A DNA stretch of 64,000 bases, taken from contig JAYOFO010000003.1 in NCBI GenBank assembly GCA_038117265.1, positions 10,865 to 74,864 on the forward strand. Reading direction: 5' to 3'. The DNA comes from Rhodospirillaceae bacterium. Its GTDB lineage: Bacteria; Pseudomonadota; Alphaproteobacteria; UBA6615. The position numbers were made by a program, and so were the translations under genes. The number at the start of each line of letters is the position of its first letter. Position 1 is the first letter of the stretch. Shown one piece after another: positions 1 through 10,153 of the stretch. Under the pieces are notes generated by a model. That model saw only the letters and a list, made by a program, of their open reading frames with translations, was not told the origin of the DNA and did not search any database.

Positions 1-8
1 CGGGTTGC

Positions 9-827
9 TCACAGCGTGTGGGAGACCATGATCGCCAGCACGGCCGACAGGTAGGCGATGAACAGCCAGGCCTGCAGCCGGTCGGCGATGCGGTGCGAGA
101 ACCGGATGCCCAGCGGCGAGCCAGCCAGCGCTCCGGCCGTCAGGGCGAAGAATCCCGGCAGGTAGAGGTAGCCGAGGCTTCCGGCCGGCAGGCCGGGCTC
201 GTCGATGCCGCCGAGAATGTAGCCGCCCGCCGCCGTAAGGCCGACGAGGCCCGCCAGCGAGGCGCTGGTCGCCGCGATCACCGGCATTGTGAAGCCCAGC
301 TTGCGCAGCTGCGGCGCCAGCAGGATCGCCGGGCCGGGGCCCAGCACGCCGCCCGACGCCCCCGAGAGGGTGGCGAGGAACCAGACGGCGGGCCCGCGCG
401 CGTGGGACGGTTGCGCGCCGCCCGCCCCGCCGGCAGTGCGCCGGCCCTGCTGGAGGAGCGCGCGGACGATCGAGACGGCGACGAAGCCGATGAACATGAA
501 CTGCAGCACGATGCCCGGCAGCGCGTCGCCGATGGCGGCTCCGGCAATGGCACCGGCGGCCACGAAGGGCGCCAGCCGGCCGACCAGCGGCACCAGCAGG
601 TCGCCGGCACGGTAGCGCAGCACCGTCGTCAGGATCGCCGTCACCACCTGGGTCGCCAGCGCGGTGGCGATGGTCAGGTGCATGATGTTGACCGGGTCGA
701 CGCCCTGGAAGGAGAGGGTGAGGATCAGGGCGGGCGCCAGCGCGAACGCGCCGCCGACCCCGAACAGTCCCGACACGATGCCCGAGAACACGCCGGCGGC
801 GAGGTAGATGGGGACGATCTCGATCAT
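9..827 (-). CDS. TSUP (TauE/SafE, DUF81) family membrane transporter
   Basis: 272-aa polytopic hydrophobic protein with Gly-rich motifs (GLFGVGGAF...) typical of TauE/SafE permeases. Ends in TGA. Confidence 0.8.
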   Translation of the reverse strand: MIEIVPIYLAAGVFSGIVSGLFGVGGAFALAPALILTLSFQGVDPVNIMHLTIATALATQVVTAILTTVLRYRAGDLLVPLVGRLAPFVAAGAIAGAAIGDALPGIVLQFMFIGFVAVSIVRALLQQGRRTAGGAGGAQPSHARGPAVWFLATLSGASGGVLGPGPAILLAPQLRKLGFTMPVIAATSASLAGLVGLTAAGGYILGGIDEPGLPAGSLGYLYLPGFFALTAGALAGSPLGIRFSHRIADRLQAWLFIAYLSAVLAIMVSHTL

Positions 828-902
828 TCGCGGTGTCTCGGTACCGTCACGGCCTCCCCGGGATTTGCGAAATCGGGCAAGCAGATGTGACGTGCAGAAC
901 GT

Positions 903-930
903 TTGCTTTTGCGCAGGCGCGCGCTAATTA
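903..930 (+). promoter_or_regulatory. Candidate sigma70-type promoter for gor (TTGCTT-16 nt-TAATTA)
   Basis: A -35-like and a -10-like hexamer sit in a locally AT-richer stretch about 65 nt upstream of the gor GTG start. Pattern match only. Confidence 0.3.
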
Positions 931-993
931 ACCCGCAACGGAATACGCGGCTGCCGCCGGCACCGCAACGACCAACGCGGAAGGGGAATTCCC

Positions 994-2370
994 GTGGCGG
1001 ATTACGACTACGACCTGTTTGTCATCGGGGCCGGATCGGGCGGCGTGCGCGCCTCGCGGTTTTCGGCGGGCTACGGCGCGCGCGTGGCGGTCGCGGAAGA
1101 CCTGCACATGGGCGGCACCTGCGTGAACGTCGGCTGCATCCCCAAGAAGCTGTTCGTCTATGCCGCGCACTTCCACGAGGATTTCGAGGACGCCGCGGCC
1201 TATGGCTGGACGGTCGGCCCGCGTTCCCTCGACTGGCGCACCCTGGTCGAGAACAAGGACAAGGAGATCGGCCGGCTCAACGGCATCTACCAGCGCCTGC
1301 TCGAGAATTCCGGCGTCGAGGTGATCGAGGGCCGGGCCACGGTGGTCGACGCCCACACGGTGGCCGTCGGCGACAGGACCTACACGGCCGCGAACATCCT
1401 GGTCGCGGCGGGCAGCTGGCCGACCGGCCAGAGCTACGAAGGCGGCGAGCACGTCATCAACTCCAACGGCGCCTTCTATCTCGACGAACTGCCCGAGCGG
1501 GTGGTGGTCGAGGGCGGCGGCTACATCGCGGTCGAGTTCGCCGGCATCTTCAACGGGCTGGGCGTCGACACCACCCTTGTCTATCGCGGCCCGATGTTCA
1601 TGCGCGGCTTCGACGACGACATCCGCGCCCACCTGAAGGCCGAGATGGAGAAGAAGGGCATCAATCTTCGCTTCAACGCCAGCTTCGAGCGGGTCGAGAA
1701 GACCGGGGCGGGCTTCACGGTGCACCTGTCGGACGGGACGGCGATCGAGACCGACCTGGTGATGTCGGCCATCGGCCGGCGGCCCAAGGTGACCGGGCTG
1801 GGCCTCGAAGCGGCGGGCGTCGCGCTCAAGGAGAACGGCGCGGTCGTGGTCGACGCGCACTACCGCACCTCGGTGCCGTCGATCTTCGCCATCGGCGACA
1901 TCATCGACCGCTACCAGCTGACGCCGGTGGCGCTGGCGGAGGGCATGGCCGTCGCCAAGACCCTGTTCCGCGACACGCCGACGACGGTCGATTACGACTA
2001 CATCCCGACCGCCGTGTTCAGCCAGCCGCCCATCGGCACGGTCGGCCTGACCGAGGCCGAGGCGCGCGAGACATATGGCGACGTGTCGATCTTCAAGAGC
2101 GAGTTCAAGGCGCTCAAACATACTTTGACGGGCCGCGACGAGCGGACCCTGATGAAGATGATCGTCGACAAGGCCTCCGACCGGGTCGTCGGGGTGCACA
2201 TGGTCGGGGCCGATGCGGGCGAGATCGTCCAGGGCATCGCCGTCGCCATGAAGGCCGGCGCGACCAAGGCCGTGTTCGATTCCACCATCGGCATCCACCC
2301 CACCTCGGCCGAGGAATTCGTGACCATGCGCGAGCCCGTGCCCGAGGCGGCCTCGAAGGCCGCGGAGTAG
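994..2370 (+). CDS. gor: Glutathione-disulfide reductase
   Basis: FAD dinucleotide motif [11 protein letters not shown], redox-active [13 protein letters not shown] and C-terminal [15 protein letters not shown] start preceded by GGAAGGGG. Confidence 0.92.
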   Translation: MADYDYDLFVIGAGSGGVRASRFSAGYGARVAVAEDLHMGGTCVNVGCIPKKLFVYAAHFHEDFEDAAAYGWTVGPRSLDWRTLVENKDKEIGRLNGIYQRLLENSGVEVIEGRATVVDAHTVAVGDRTYTAANILVAAGSWPTGQSYEGGEHVINSNGAFYLDELPERVVVEGGGYIAVEFAGIFNGLGVDTTLVYRGPMFMRGFDDDIRAHLKAEMEKKGINLRFNASFERVEKTGAGFTVHLSDGTAIETDLVMSAIGRRPKVTGLGLEAAGVALKENGAVVVDAHYRTSVPSIFAIGDIIDRYQLTPVALAEGMAVAKTLFRDTPTTVDYDYIPTAVFSQPPIGTVGLTEAEARETYGDVSIFKSEFKALKHTLTGRDERTLMKMIVDKASDRVVGVHMVGADAGEIVQGIAVAMKAGATKAVFDSTIGIHPTSAEEFVTMREPVPEAASKAAE

Positions 2371-2525
2371 GCGCCGGCGATTTGCTAGCGCTTTGAATTT
2401 GTGCGATTTTCGCTGGTAATCGCACCGCACGGGGCCTATACGCTGGCCCTTCGCGAAGGCGAGACCTGGTAACACGAACAGACGGACGGGACGGCCCGCG
2501 CTGCGGACCCGGCCCGAATGACGCG

Positions 2526-3932
2526 ATGTCGAAGAACTGGAAGCCCGATAGCTGGCGCGGCCGGGACATCCTGCAGGTGCCCGAATACGGCGATGCGGAC
2601 GCCCTGGCGCGTGTCGAGACGGAACTGCGCAGGCAGCCGCCGCTGGTGTTTGCCGGCGAGGCGCGTGCGCTGCGCGCCCACCTGGCCAAGGTGGCCGAGG
2701 GGCAGGCTTTTCTGCTCCAGGGAGGCGATTGCGCGGAGAGCTTCGCCGAGTTCCATGCCGACAACATCCGCGACACCTTCAAGGTCCTGCTGCAGATGGC
2801 GGTCGTGCTGACCTATGGCGCGGCCTGCCCGGTTGTGAAGGTGGGCCGGCTGGCCGGCCAGTTCGCGAAGCCGCGCTCGGCGCCGACCGAGACGATCGAC
2901 GGGGTGGAACTGCCGAGCTACCGCGGCGACATCATCAACGACATGAGTTTCGAGCCGGGCCCGCGCGAACCCGACCCGGCCCGCATGCTGCGCGCCTACA
3001 ACCAGGCCGCCGCGACCCTGAACCTGCTGCGCGCCTTCGCCCAGGGAGGCTTCGCCGACCTGCACCAGGTGCATCGCTGGAACCTCGACTTCGTCAAGGC
3101 GAGCCCGCAGGGTGCGAAGTTCGAGGAGCTGGCCGCGCGCATCGACGAGACCCTGGCCTTCATGTCCGCGTGCGGGCTGACCAGTGCGAACGTGCCGCAG
3201 ATGTCGGAGACCGACTTCTACACCAGCCACGAGGCGCTGCTGCTAGTCTACGAGCAGGCGCTGACCCGTCAGGATTCGCTGACCGGGAAGTGGTACGACA
3301 CCTCGGCCCACATGCTGTGGATCGGCGACCGCACGCGCCAGCCCGACGGCGCGCATGTCGAATATCTCTCCGGCGTCGAGAACCCGATCGGCATGAAGTG
3401 CGGCCCGTCGCTGGACCCCGACGAGCTGATCCGCCTGCTCGACATCCTCAACCCGGAGAACGAGGCGGGCCGGATGACCCTGATCTGCCGCATGGGTGCC
3501 GAGAAAGCCGCCCAGGGCCTGCCGCCGCTGGTCCGCAAGGTTGCGGCCGAGGAGCGCAAGGTCGTGTGGTCGTGCGACCCGATGCACGGCAACACGGTGA
3601 AGGCCTCGAGCGGCTACAAGACCCGGGCCTTCGACGCGATCCTGTCGGAGGTCGACACCTTCTTCGAGGTGCATCGCGCCGAAGGCACGCATGTCGGCGG
3701 CGTCCACTTCGAGATGACCGGCCAGGACGTGACCGAATGCATCGGCGGCGCCCAGGAGATCACCGAGGAAGGGCTCGCCGACCGCTATCACACCCATTGC
3801 GACCCGCGGCTCAACGCCAGCCAGTCGATCGAGCTCGCCTTCCAGATCGCCGCACGGCTCAAGCGCCAGCGCGAACTGACGGGAACGTCGTCGGTGCCGG
3901 CGGCGGCGATGGGCGGCCGGGCGGCCGAGTAG
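2526..3932 (+). CDS. Class II (plant-like) 3-deoxy-7-phosphoheptulonate (DAHP) synthase
   Basis: 468 aa. The N-terminus W-P-SWR...QQP.Y.D, then [12 protein letters not shown] and [10 protein letters not shown], are class II DAHP synthase signatures. Confidence 0.9.
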   Translation: MSKNWKPDSWRGRDILQVPEYGDADALARVETELRRQPPLVFAGEARALRAHLAKVAEGQAFLLQGGDCAESFAEFHADNIRDTFKVLLQMAVVLTYGAACPVVKVGRLAGQFAKPRSAPTETIDGVELPSYRGDIINDMSFEPGPREPDPARMLRAYNQAAATLNLLRAFAQGGFADLHQVHRWNLDFVKASPQGAKFEELAARIDETLAFMSACGLTSANVPQMSETDFYTSHEALLLVYEQALTRQDSLTGKWYDTSAHMLWIGDRTRQPDGAHVEYLSGVENPIGMKCGPSLDPDELIRLLDILNPENEAGRMTLICRMGAEKAAQGLPPLVRKVAAEERKVVWSCDPMHGNTVKASSGYKTRAFDAILSEVDTFFEVHRAEGTHVGGVHFEMTGQDVTECIGGAQEITEEGLADRYHTHCDPRLNASQSIELAFQIAARLKRQRELTGTSSVPAAAMGGRAAE

Positions 3933-4008
3933 AGCGGGCTTTCGCATCCGCGCATCGCGCGCCAAACTGGCATCGCCACAAACCTGACGGAAACCCAGCG
4001 GGGGTGAC

Positions 4009-5208
4009 ATGGTCGACATCGTCGACACCGACGACACCGGTGATGGAACAGCACCGGAAGCGCCGCTCGCGCGCGCGTATCACCTGACTCCGAGCCCGGC
4101 GGCCGACGAGGTGGAGTCTCTGACGGACACCTATTTCAACAAGACCCGCGCCATCGTCGGCAAGTTCGGCGACACCCGCGTGACCTATGCGATCTTCATG
4201 CGCCGGCCGGTGATCTCTGCCCCGCGCATCGCGCTGGACTGGCTGCACTCGATCGCCGATGCGCGCGGCGTCGTCTTCGACATCGACCTGCGCTTCGACG
4301 AGGGTCACTGGGTCGGCGCCGGCGAGCCGCTAATGTACATCTCGGGCTCGCTGCACAATCTGGTCGATCTCGAGACGCTTTACCTGCAGAAGCTCGGCGC
4401 GGCATGCGTTGCGGCCTACAACGCCGCGGCGATGTGCGTCGACCTGCCCAACGTGGCCTTCCTGGCCTTCGATGCGCGCCATTGTGCCGGTCCCGACATG
4501 GCCGAGCTGATGGCCTATGCCGCCTCGGTCGGCTCGGCCCGCGCCAAGCGCAAGGTGGGTGCCATCGGCTTCGTCGGCAACGCGACCGACGCCACGGCCC
4601 ATTTCTTTGGCCAGCCCCGCGGGCTCGGCACCATGCCCCACGCACTGATCGGCTATGCCGGCTCGACTGTGCGCGCGGCCGAGATGTTCCAGGAGACCCA
4701 TCCCGACGAGCCGTTGACCGTGCTGGTCGACTATTTCGGGCGCGAGGTCACCGACAGCCTGGAGGTGTGCCGCCGGTTTCCCGATCTCGTGCGTGACGGA
4801 AAGTTGTCGCTGCGCCTCGACACGCCGGGCGGGCGCTACATCGAGGGGCTCGACCCGTCGGGCAGCTACGCCGTGCTCGAGCGCCACGCGCCCGATGCGA
4901 TCCGCGGCTACCGCACCGAGGCCGAGCTGCGTCACCTGATCGGCGGCGGTGTCTCGGCGGCCGCGCTCTGGCACCTGCGCGAGCGCCTCGACGAGGGCGG
5001 GTTCGAGAAGGCCAAGATCGTCGCCTCGTCGGGCTTCGGGCCCGAGAAGTGCAAGGTGATGGCGGCGGCCGACGTGCCGATCGACGCCATCGGCACCGGC
5101 TCGTTCCTGCCCGGCGACTGGCAGGAGACCTACGCCACCTCCGACATCGTCGAATATGGCGGGACCAAGCGGGTCAAGGTCGGTCGCGAGTTCCTGCTGC
5201 GGAAGTAG
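4009..5208 (+). CDS. Nicotinate phosphoribosyltransferase-like type II PRTase
   Basis: 399 aa with a type II phosphoribosyltransferase-like layout (TDTYF..T, GTMPHALI, LRLDTPGG). The exact substrate was not determined. Confidence 0.6.
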   Translation: MVDIVDTDDTGDGTAPEAPLARAYHLTPSPAADEVESLTDTYFNKTRAIVGKFGDTRVTYAIFMRRPVISAPRIALDWLHSIADARGVVFDIDLRFDEGHWVGAGEPLMYISGSLHNLVDLETLYLQKLGAACVAAYNAAAMCVDLPNVAFLAFDARHCAGPDMAELMAYAASVGSARAKRKVGAIGFVGNATDATAHFFGQPRGLGTMPHALIGYAGSTVRAAEMFQETHPDEPLTVLVDYFGREVTDSLEVCRRFPDLVRDGKLSLRLDTPGGRYIEGLDPSGSYAVLERHAPDAIRGYRTEAELRHLIGGGVSAAALWHLRERLDEGGFEKAKIVASSGFGPEKCKVMAAADVPIDAIGTGSFLPGDWQETYATSDIVEYGGTKRVKVGREFLLRK

Positions 5209-5214
5209 CCGGCC

Positions 5215-6543
5215 TCATTTCTGCTTTTCTTCCTTGTTCCGCAGCCCCTTCAGGGGTGGATTCCAGTCGCTGCCGACGCCCGGTGCCGGCCGGCCCCAGG
5301 TGTTGTCGTGCCGGTCGCGCCGACCGGTGAAGTGGCGCACGATCAGGCGGTGGATGACGTTCATGTTGGGCATGATCCCGTGGAAGCCGCCGAGGCGGGC
5401 GTTCGACGTGACCCGGTCGCCGACTTCCCAGTAGCCGAAATCGTCGGGCGTCAGACAGACCAGCTACTCGTATGGCAGGAAACGTCGGGGCAGCGCGCCT
5501 TCGAACGGCACGGTGCCGTCGCCGGTCTTCCGGCGCACGCGCTCGGTCTCGCCCTTTTCCCAGAGATTGTCGCGATCTTTTGAGCGGAAGTTGAAGTCGG
5601 CGCTTTGGCCACGCTTGATCACTTCGAGGGCGACGCGCGTCGTCTCGTTGGTCCCGATGACACAAAGCCAGTCCTCGGCCGAAAGCGTCGTGTTGTCGAG
5701 CTTGAAGCTGTCGAGGCGGCCGCGATGGCGCGCTGCCCCGGCGAGCATCTCGGCGAAGAGCCGGTTCGACCTTTCGCGCAACTCGGCTCGCGAGCGGCCG
5801 CGCTCGATCCCGCGCAGACGGTAGGACTGGACAATCGTATCGATAATCGATTGCTGCCAGACGCCGGGGTCGAAAAGGGACTGGGGGAGTTCCGGATGGA
5901 TCTCCACACCGGCCTTGAAGCTGGGCACCAGGTGATAGAGGGCCGGCGTGAGGCGCGCGGCCTCGCGCTCGCGCGACGAGGGCACCGAGGTCCCGAGGTT
6001 CGCGGTCCCGGTCGTCACCTTGATGATGGCCTCGAAGGAACCCTGGAACGGGCTCGCGATCGTCGCGACCTTGCCTTCGCCGCCATGCTGTTCAAGATAT
6101 CCGGCGATGACCAGACCGCCCATCGAATGGCCCACCAGATTGACCTTCGGGGCCGTGTGGAACCCGGCACGATGATAATGAGGCTGCAGCTTTGTGCGGT
6201 CGATCACCTCATCGATAAAATCGGCGAGTTGGGCCTCGATGACGTCGAGAAGTTGCCTCCAGTCGTAGCCGAACGGGTAGACGGCAATGGTTTCGTCCTC
6301 GGAGTCGCGCAAGTTGTAGCGCAATTCCGCAATCAGCTCCCCGTACGCGACCTCGTAGAGCTGGTCGGCAACGACACGCGCTGGTTCCTGCGCCTCGTAG
6401 CGCAGGTCGTCGGGATGCAGCGCCGCCCTGTCGTAGTCCTTGCTGATCACCGCCCAAATCGTTTCAGGCGAAATGGGGTACTGATCGCGAAGGTAGGTTG
6501 CCGTGATGCCCGGCACGACGATGACGGGGTTCGATGCAGGCAT
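5215..6543 (-). pseudogene. Alpha/beta-hydrolase lipase (LCAT/PGAP1-like) interrupted by an in-frame TAG at 5464-5466
   Basis: The 5464-6543 part carries GHSMGG and GDGTVP. The 82 codons after the TAG stay in the same frame with strong GC3 and no start codon of their own (...GGFHGIMPNMNVIHRLI...). RBS GGGGAGAAG lies before the ATG at 6543. Confidence 0.6.
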
Positions 6544-6746
6544 GTTTCTTCTCCCCTTGGGACGTGCGCGCGATTGTCTCGCCACACCCTATCCGATTAC
6601 AATCGTGGGAAAGGATACATCATTACGAGCCTTTCTCGGGTACGACCCGAAGCGCTCGGGCCGTATCGGGCGTCGCGTCCGATTGACACCGTGCGGAGCG
6701 CTGCCTACCGTCCGCCCGCATTTTTCACCCGGACTTCCCGCCGGAT

Positions 6747-8411
6747 ATGACCGACACGCTCAACATCACGCTCGCCCAGCTCAACCCCGTCGTCGGCGAC
6801 ATCGAGGGCAACGTCGCGCGAATCCGCGCGGCGCGCATCGCGGCGGCCGGGCAGGGCGCCGACCTGGTGATCGGCACCGAGCTGTGCGTCACCGGCTATC
6901 CGCCCGAGGATTTGGTCCTCAAGAACGCCTTCGTGCGCGCCGCGATGGACGCGGTCGAGGCGCTGGCGGCCAAGACGGCCGATGGCGGGCCGGGCCTGAT
7001 TGTCGGGTCGCCCTGGATGCACGAGGACGGCAGCCGCTACAACGCCGCGGTCGTGCTCGACGGCGGCGCGGTCCAGACCGCGCGCTTCAAGTGGGACCTG
7101 CCCAATTACGGCGTGTTCGACGAGAAGCGGGTGTTCGCCGCCGGCGAACTGCCGGGCCCGGTCAACTTCCGCGGCGTGCGTCTCGGTTTGGCCGTGTGCG
7201 AAGACATGTGGACCCCCGACGTATCGGAAACCCTGATGGAATCGGGCGCCGAGATCCTCGTCTTCCTCAACGGCAGCCCCTATGAGCGCGACAAGGTCGA
7301 CCTGCGCATGAACCTGGCGGTCGCGCGCGTCACCGAGACGGGCCTGCCGCTGATCTATGTGAACCAGGTGGGCGGGCAGGACGAGCTGGTCTTCGATGGC
7401 GGCTCGTTCGTGCTCGGCGCCGACCGGCGGCTGGCCGCTGCGTCGGGCCAGTTCGTCGAGGATTTGACCCGGACGGTCTGGACCCGGGGCGACGACGGCT
7501 GGACCTGTGCGTCCGACGATATGGCCGATTGGATCGAGGGCAGCGAGCGGATTTACCAGGCGATGGTGCTCGGCCTGCGCGATTACGTGAACAAGAACGG
7601 ATTCCCCGGTGTCGTGCTCGGCCTGTCGGGGGGCATCGATTCCGGCATCACCGCGGTGGTTGCCGTCGACGCGCTGGGCGCCGACCGGGTCCATTGTGTG
7701 ATGATGCCCTCGCCCTATACGAGCCCGGATTCGCTCGAGGATGCCCGCGAGCTCGCCGACCGGCTTGAGGTCCGCTACGACACGGTCGGGATCGGCCCGG
7801 CGATGTCGGCCTATGACGAGATGCTCAAGCAGGCGTTCAACGAACCGGCCTCGGGTGTGACGGCCGAGAACATCCAGAGCCGGGCGCGCGGCATGCTGCT
7901 GATGGCCGTCTCGAACACCACCGGCTCGATGCTGGTGACAACCGGCAACAAGTCGGAGATGTCGGTCGGCTATGCCACCATCTATGGCGACATGAACGGC
8001 GGCTACTCGGTCATCAAGGATGTCTACAAGACCGACGTGTTCCGGCTGTGCCATTGGCGTAACGAACATTATCCGAGTGGCGTGCTGGGCCCGGCCGGAG
8101 CGGTGATTCCCGAGCGGATGATCACCAAGCCGCCGTCGGCCGAGCTGCGGCCCGACCAGAAGGACGAGGATTCGCTGCCCCCCTACGAGGTGCTCGATGC
8201 GATCCTGCACGGGCTGATCGAGGAGGATCTCGGCGGCGCCGAGCTCGAGGCGCGCGGCTTCGATCCCGAAATGGTGCAGCGCGTCTGGCGGCTTCTGGAG
8301 CTATCGGAATACAAGCGCCGCCAGGCCCCGCCGGGGGTCAAGCTGACCAGCCGTGCCTTCGGCCGCGACCGCCGCTACCCGATCACCAACGCCTTCCGCG
8401 GCAAGGCCTAG
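6747..8411 (+). CDS. nadE: Glutamine-dependent NAD+ synthetase
   Basis: 554 aa. N-terminal nitrilase/CN-hydrolase domain (LAQLNP..GD...N) plus C-terminal NAD synthetase domain with SGGIDS. Confidence 0.95.
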   Translation: MTDTLNITLAQLNPVVGDIEGNVARIRAARIAAAGQGADLVIGTELCVTGYPPEDLVLKNAFVRAAMDAVEALAAKTADGGPGLIVGSPWMHEDGSRYNAAVVLDGGAVQTARFKWDLPNYGVFDEKRVFAAGELPGPVNFRGVRLGLAVCEDMWTPDVSETLMESGAEILVFLNGSPYERDKVDLRMNLAVARVTETGLPLIYVNQVGGQDELVFDGGSFVLGADRRLAAASGQFVEDLTRTVWTRGDDGWTCASDDMADWIEGSERIYQAMVLGLRDYVNKNGFPGVVLGLSGGIDSGITAVVAVDALGADRVHCVMMPSPYTSPDSLEDARELADRLEVRYDTVGIGPAMSAYDEMLKQAFNEPASGVTAENIQSRARGMLLMAVSNTTGSMLVTTGNKSEMSVGYATIYGDMNGGYSVIKDVYKTDVFRLCHWRNEHYPSGVLGPAGAVIPERMITKPPSAELRPDQKDEDSLPPYEVLDAILHGLIEEDLGGAELEARGFDPEMVQRVWRLLELSEYKRRQAPPGVKLTSRAFGRDRRYPITNAFRGKA

Positions 8412-8606
8412 ACCCGGTCCGCGGCGCGCGCGCCGGGCGTTCCGCCGCATGCACCTCGCCCGCAGCCGGCGTGTCTCTGCGCCTGCCCGCTGACGCTGCC
8501 GGTGCCCCAACCCTCTGAATTGCCTTGCTTTCCAATGAGCGCTATACAGCGGCCCATGAGCATGCATCGTTCCCATCGATGTCGCCCCGCTGGCAGGCCT
8601 GCCTTC

Positions 8607-8666
8607 GCCGAAGCGGGGCCGCTTCGGCTTCGCGGCCTACTCCGCCGAAGCAGCCGTTTCGGCTGC
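8607..8666. repeat. Two adjacent GC-rich palindromic hairpins sharing a CGCCGAAGC core
   Basis: 8607-8628 is gccgaagcgg-gg-ccgcttcggc. 8650-8666 is gcagccg-ttt-cggctgc. Both lie in the 350-nt nadE-cysS spacer. Confidence 0.45.
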
Positions 8667-8760
8667 GAAGGCCGGGCAGGCAGGCGAATTATCGCCTGAC
8701 AGCCCCTGTCCGCGCGCGGGATGCCTGCGCGCGCTGCGCAATCGAACCCGGGAACCCGTT

Positions 8761-10137
8761 ATGACGATCCGTCTCTACAACACGCTGTCGCGCCAGAAGG
8801 AAGACTTCGCACCCATCGATGTGGCGAAAGTGCGCATGTATGTGTGCGGGCCGACCGTCTACGACACGATCCACATCGGCAATGCCCGCCCGCTGGTCGT
8901 CTTCGACGTCCTCTACCGGCTGCTGCGCCACGAATTCGGCGCCCGCCACGTCACCTATGCGCGCAACATCACCGATGTCGACGACAAGATCATCGAACGT
9001 GCGGCCGAGAACGGTGAGGCGATCGAAGTGCTGACAGCGCGCACCACCGACGACTTCCATGCCGCGACGGCGGCGCTCGGCTGCCTAGCGCCGGACGTGG
9101 AGCCGCGCGCGACGGCGCACATTCCCCAGATGATCGCCCTGATCGAGATCCTGATCGCCGGGGACCATGCCTATGCGGCCGACGGCCACGTGCTGTTCCA
9201 CGTGCCCTCGATGCCCGACTACGGCCGACTGTCGGGCCGCAACCGCGACGAGATGATCGCCGGCGCGCGGGTCGAGGTGGCGCCCTACAAGCGCGATCCC
9301 GCCGACTTCGTGCTGTGGAAGCCCTCGACCGGCGACCAGCCCGGCTGGGAGTCGCCCTGGGGCCATGGCCGGCCCGGCTGGCATCTGGAGTGCTCGGCGA
9401 TGAGCGCCCAGCATCTGGGCAAGTCCTTCGACATCCATGGCGGCGGCGTCGACCTGGTGTTCCCGCACCACGAGAACGAGATCGCCCAATCGCGCTGCGC
9501 GGACGCCGACGCCTCGTTCGCGCGCTTCTGGGTACACAATGGCTACCTGATGAGCGAGGGCGAGAAGATGTCGAAGTCGCTCGGCAACTTCTACACCGTC
9601 TCGGATCTGCTCGCGGAGTTCCCGGGCGAGGCGCTGCGCCTGGCGTTGCTCAAGACCCATTACCGCCAGCCGCTCGACTTCACCAAGGAGGGCGTGCGCG
9701 AGGCTCGCCAGGAGCTCAACCGGTTCTATCGGGCGCTGGCGCTGGCGGAGGGGGAGGTCCCCGACAGCGGCGCCGTGCCGGCCGACCTGGTTGCGGCGCT
9801 GGAAGACGATCTGAACACGCCGCTCGCCCTGACCGCGGTCCGAACCGCCGCCGACGCGGTGTTCGCGGCGCGCGATGAGGGGTCGGCTGCGGATGTGCAG
9901 GCGGCCGCGGGTGCGCTGAAGGCCGCGGGGCGGTTCCTCGGACTGTTGCAGGCTTCCGCCGAGGCCTGGTTCCGTGGCGGTGGCGACGCCGAGATCGACG
10001 CGCTCGTCGCCGAGCGGATCGCCGCGCGCGCCGCGAAGGACTTCGCGCGCGCCGACGAGATTCGCGACACGCTGGCCGCACGCGGCATCGTGCTGGAAGA
10101 CGGCGCGGGCGGCACCACCTGGCGGCGCGAGGGCTAG
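8761..10137 (+). CDS. cysS: Cysteine--tRNA ligase
   Basis: 458 aa with [16 protein letters not shown] (HIGH region) and KMSKSLGN (KMSKS). Confidence 0.95.
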   Translation: MTIRLYNTLSRQKEDFAPIDVAKVRMYVCGPTVYDTIHIGNARPLVVFDVLYRLLRHEFGARHVTYARNITDVDDKIIERAAENGEAIEVLTARTTDDFHAATAALGCLAPDVEPRATAHIPQMIALIEILIAGDHAYAADGHVLFHVPSMPDYGRLSGRNRDEMIAGARVEVAPYKRDPADFVLWKPSTGDQPGWESPWGHGRPGWHLECSAMSAQHLGKSFDIHGGGVDLVFPHHENEIAQSRCADADASFARFWVHNGYLMSEGEKMSKSLGNFYTVSDLLAEFPGEALRLALLKTHYRQPLDFTKEGVREARQELNRFYRALALAEGEVPDSGAVPADLVAALEDDLNTPLALTAVRTAADAVFAARDEGSAADVQAAAGALKAAGRFLGLLQASAEAWFRGGGDAEIDALVAERIAARAAKDFARADEIRDTLAARGIVLEDGAGGTTWRREG

Positions 10138-10153
10138 GGGCGAGGGTTCGATC

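Noticed and set aside
8607-8666. The two hairpins as the nadE transcription terminator
   Set aside because: They lie about 200 nt downstream of the nadE stop and neither is followed by a U tract. They are kept only as repeat or structure candidates.
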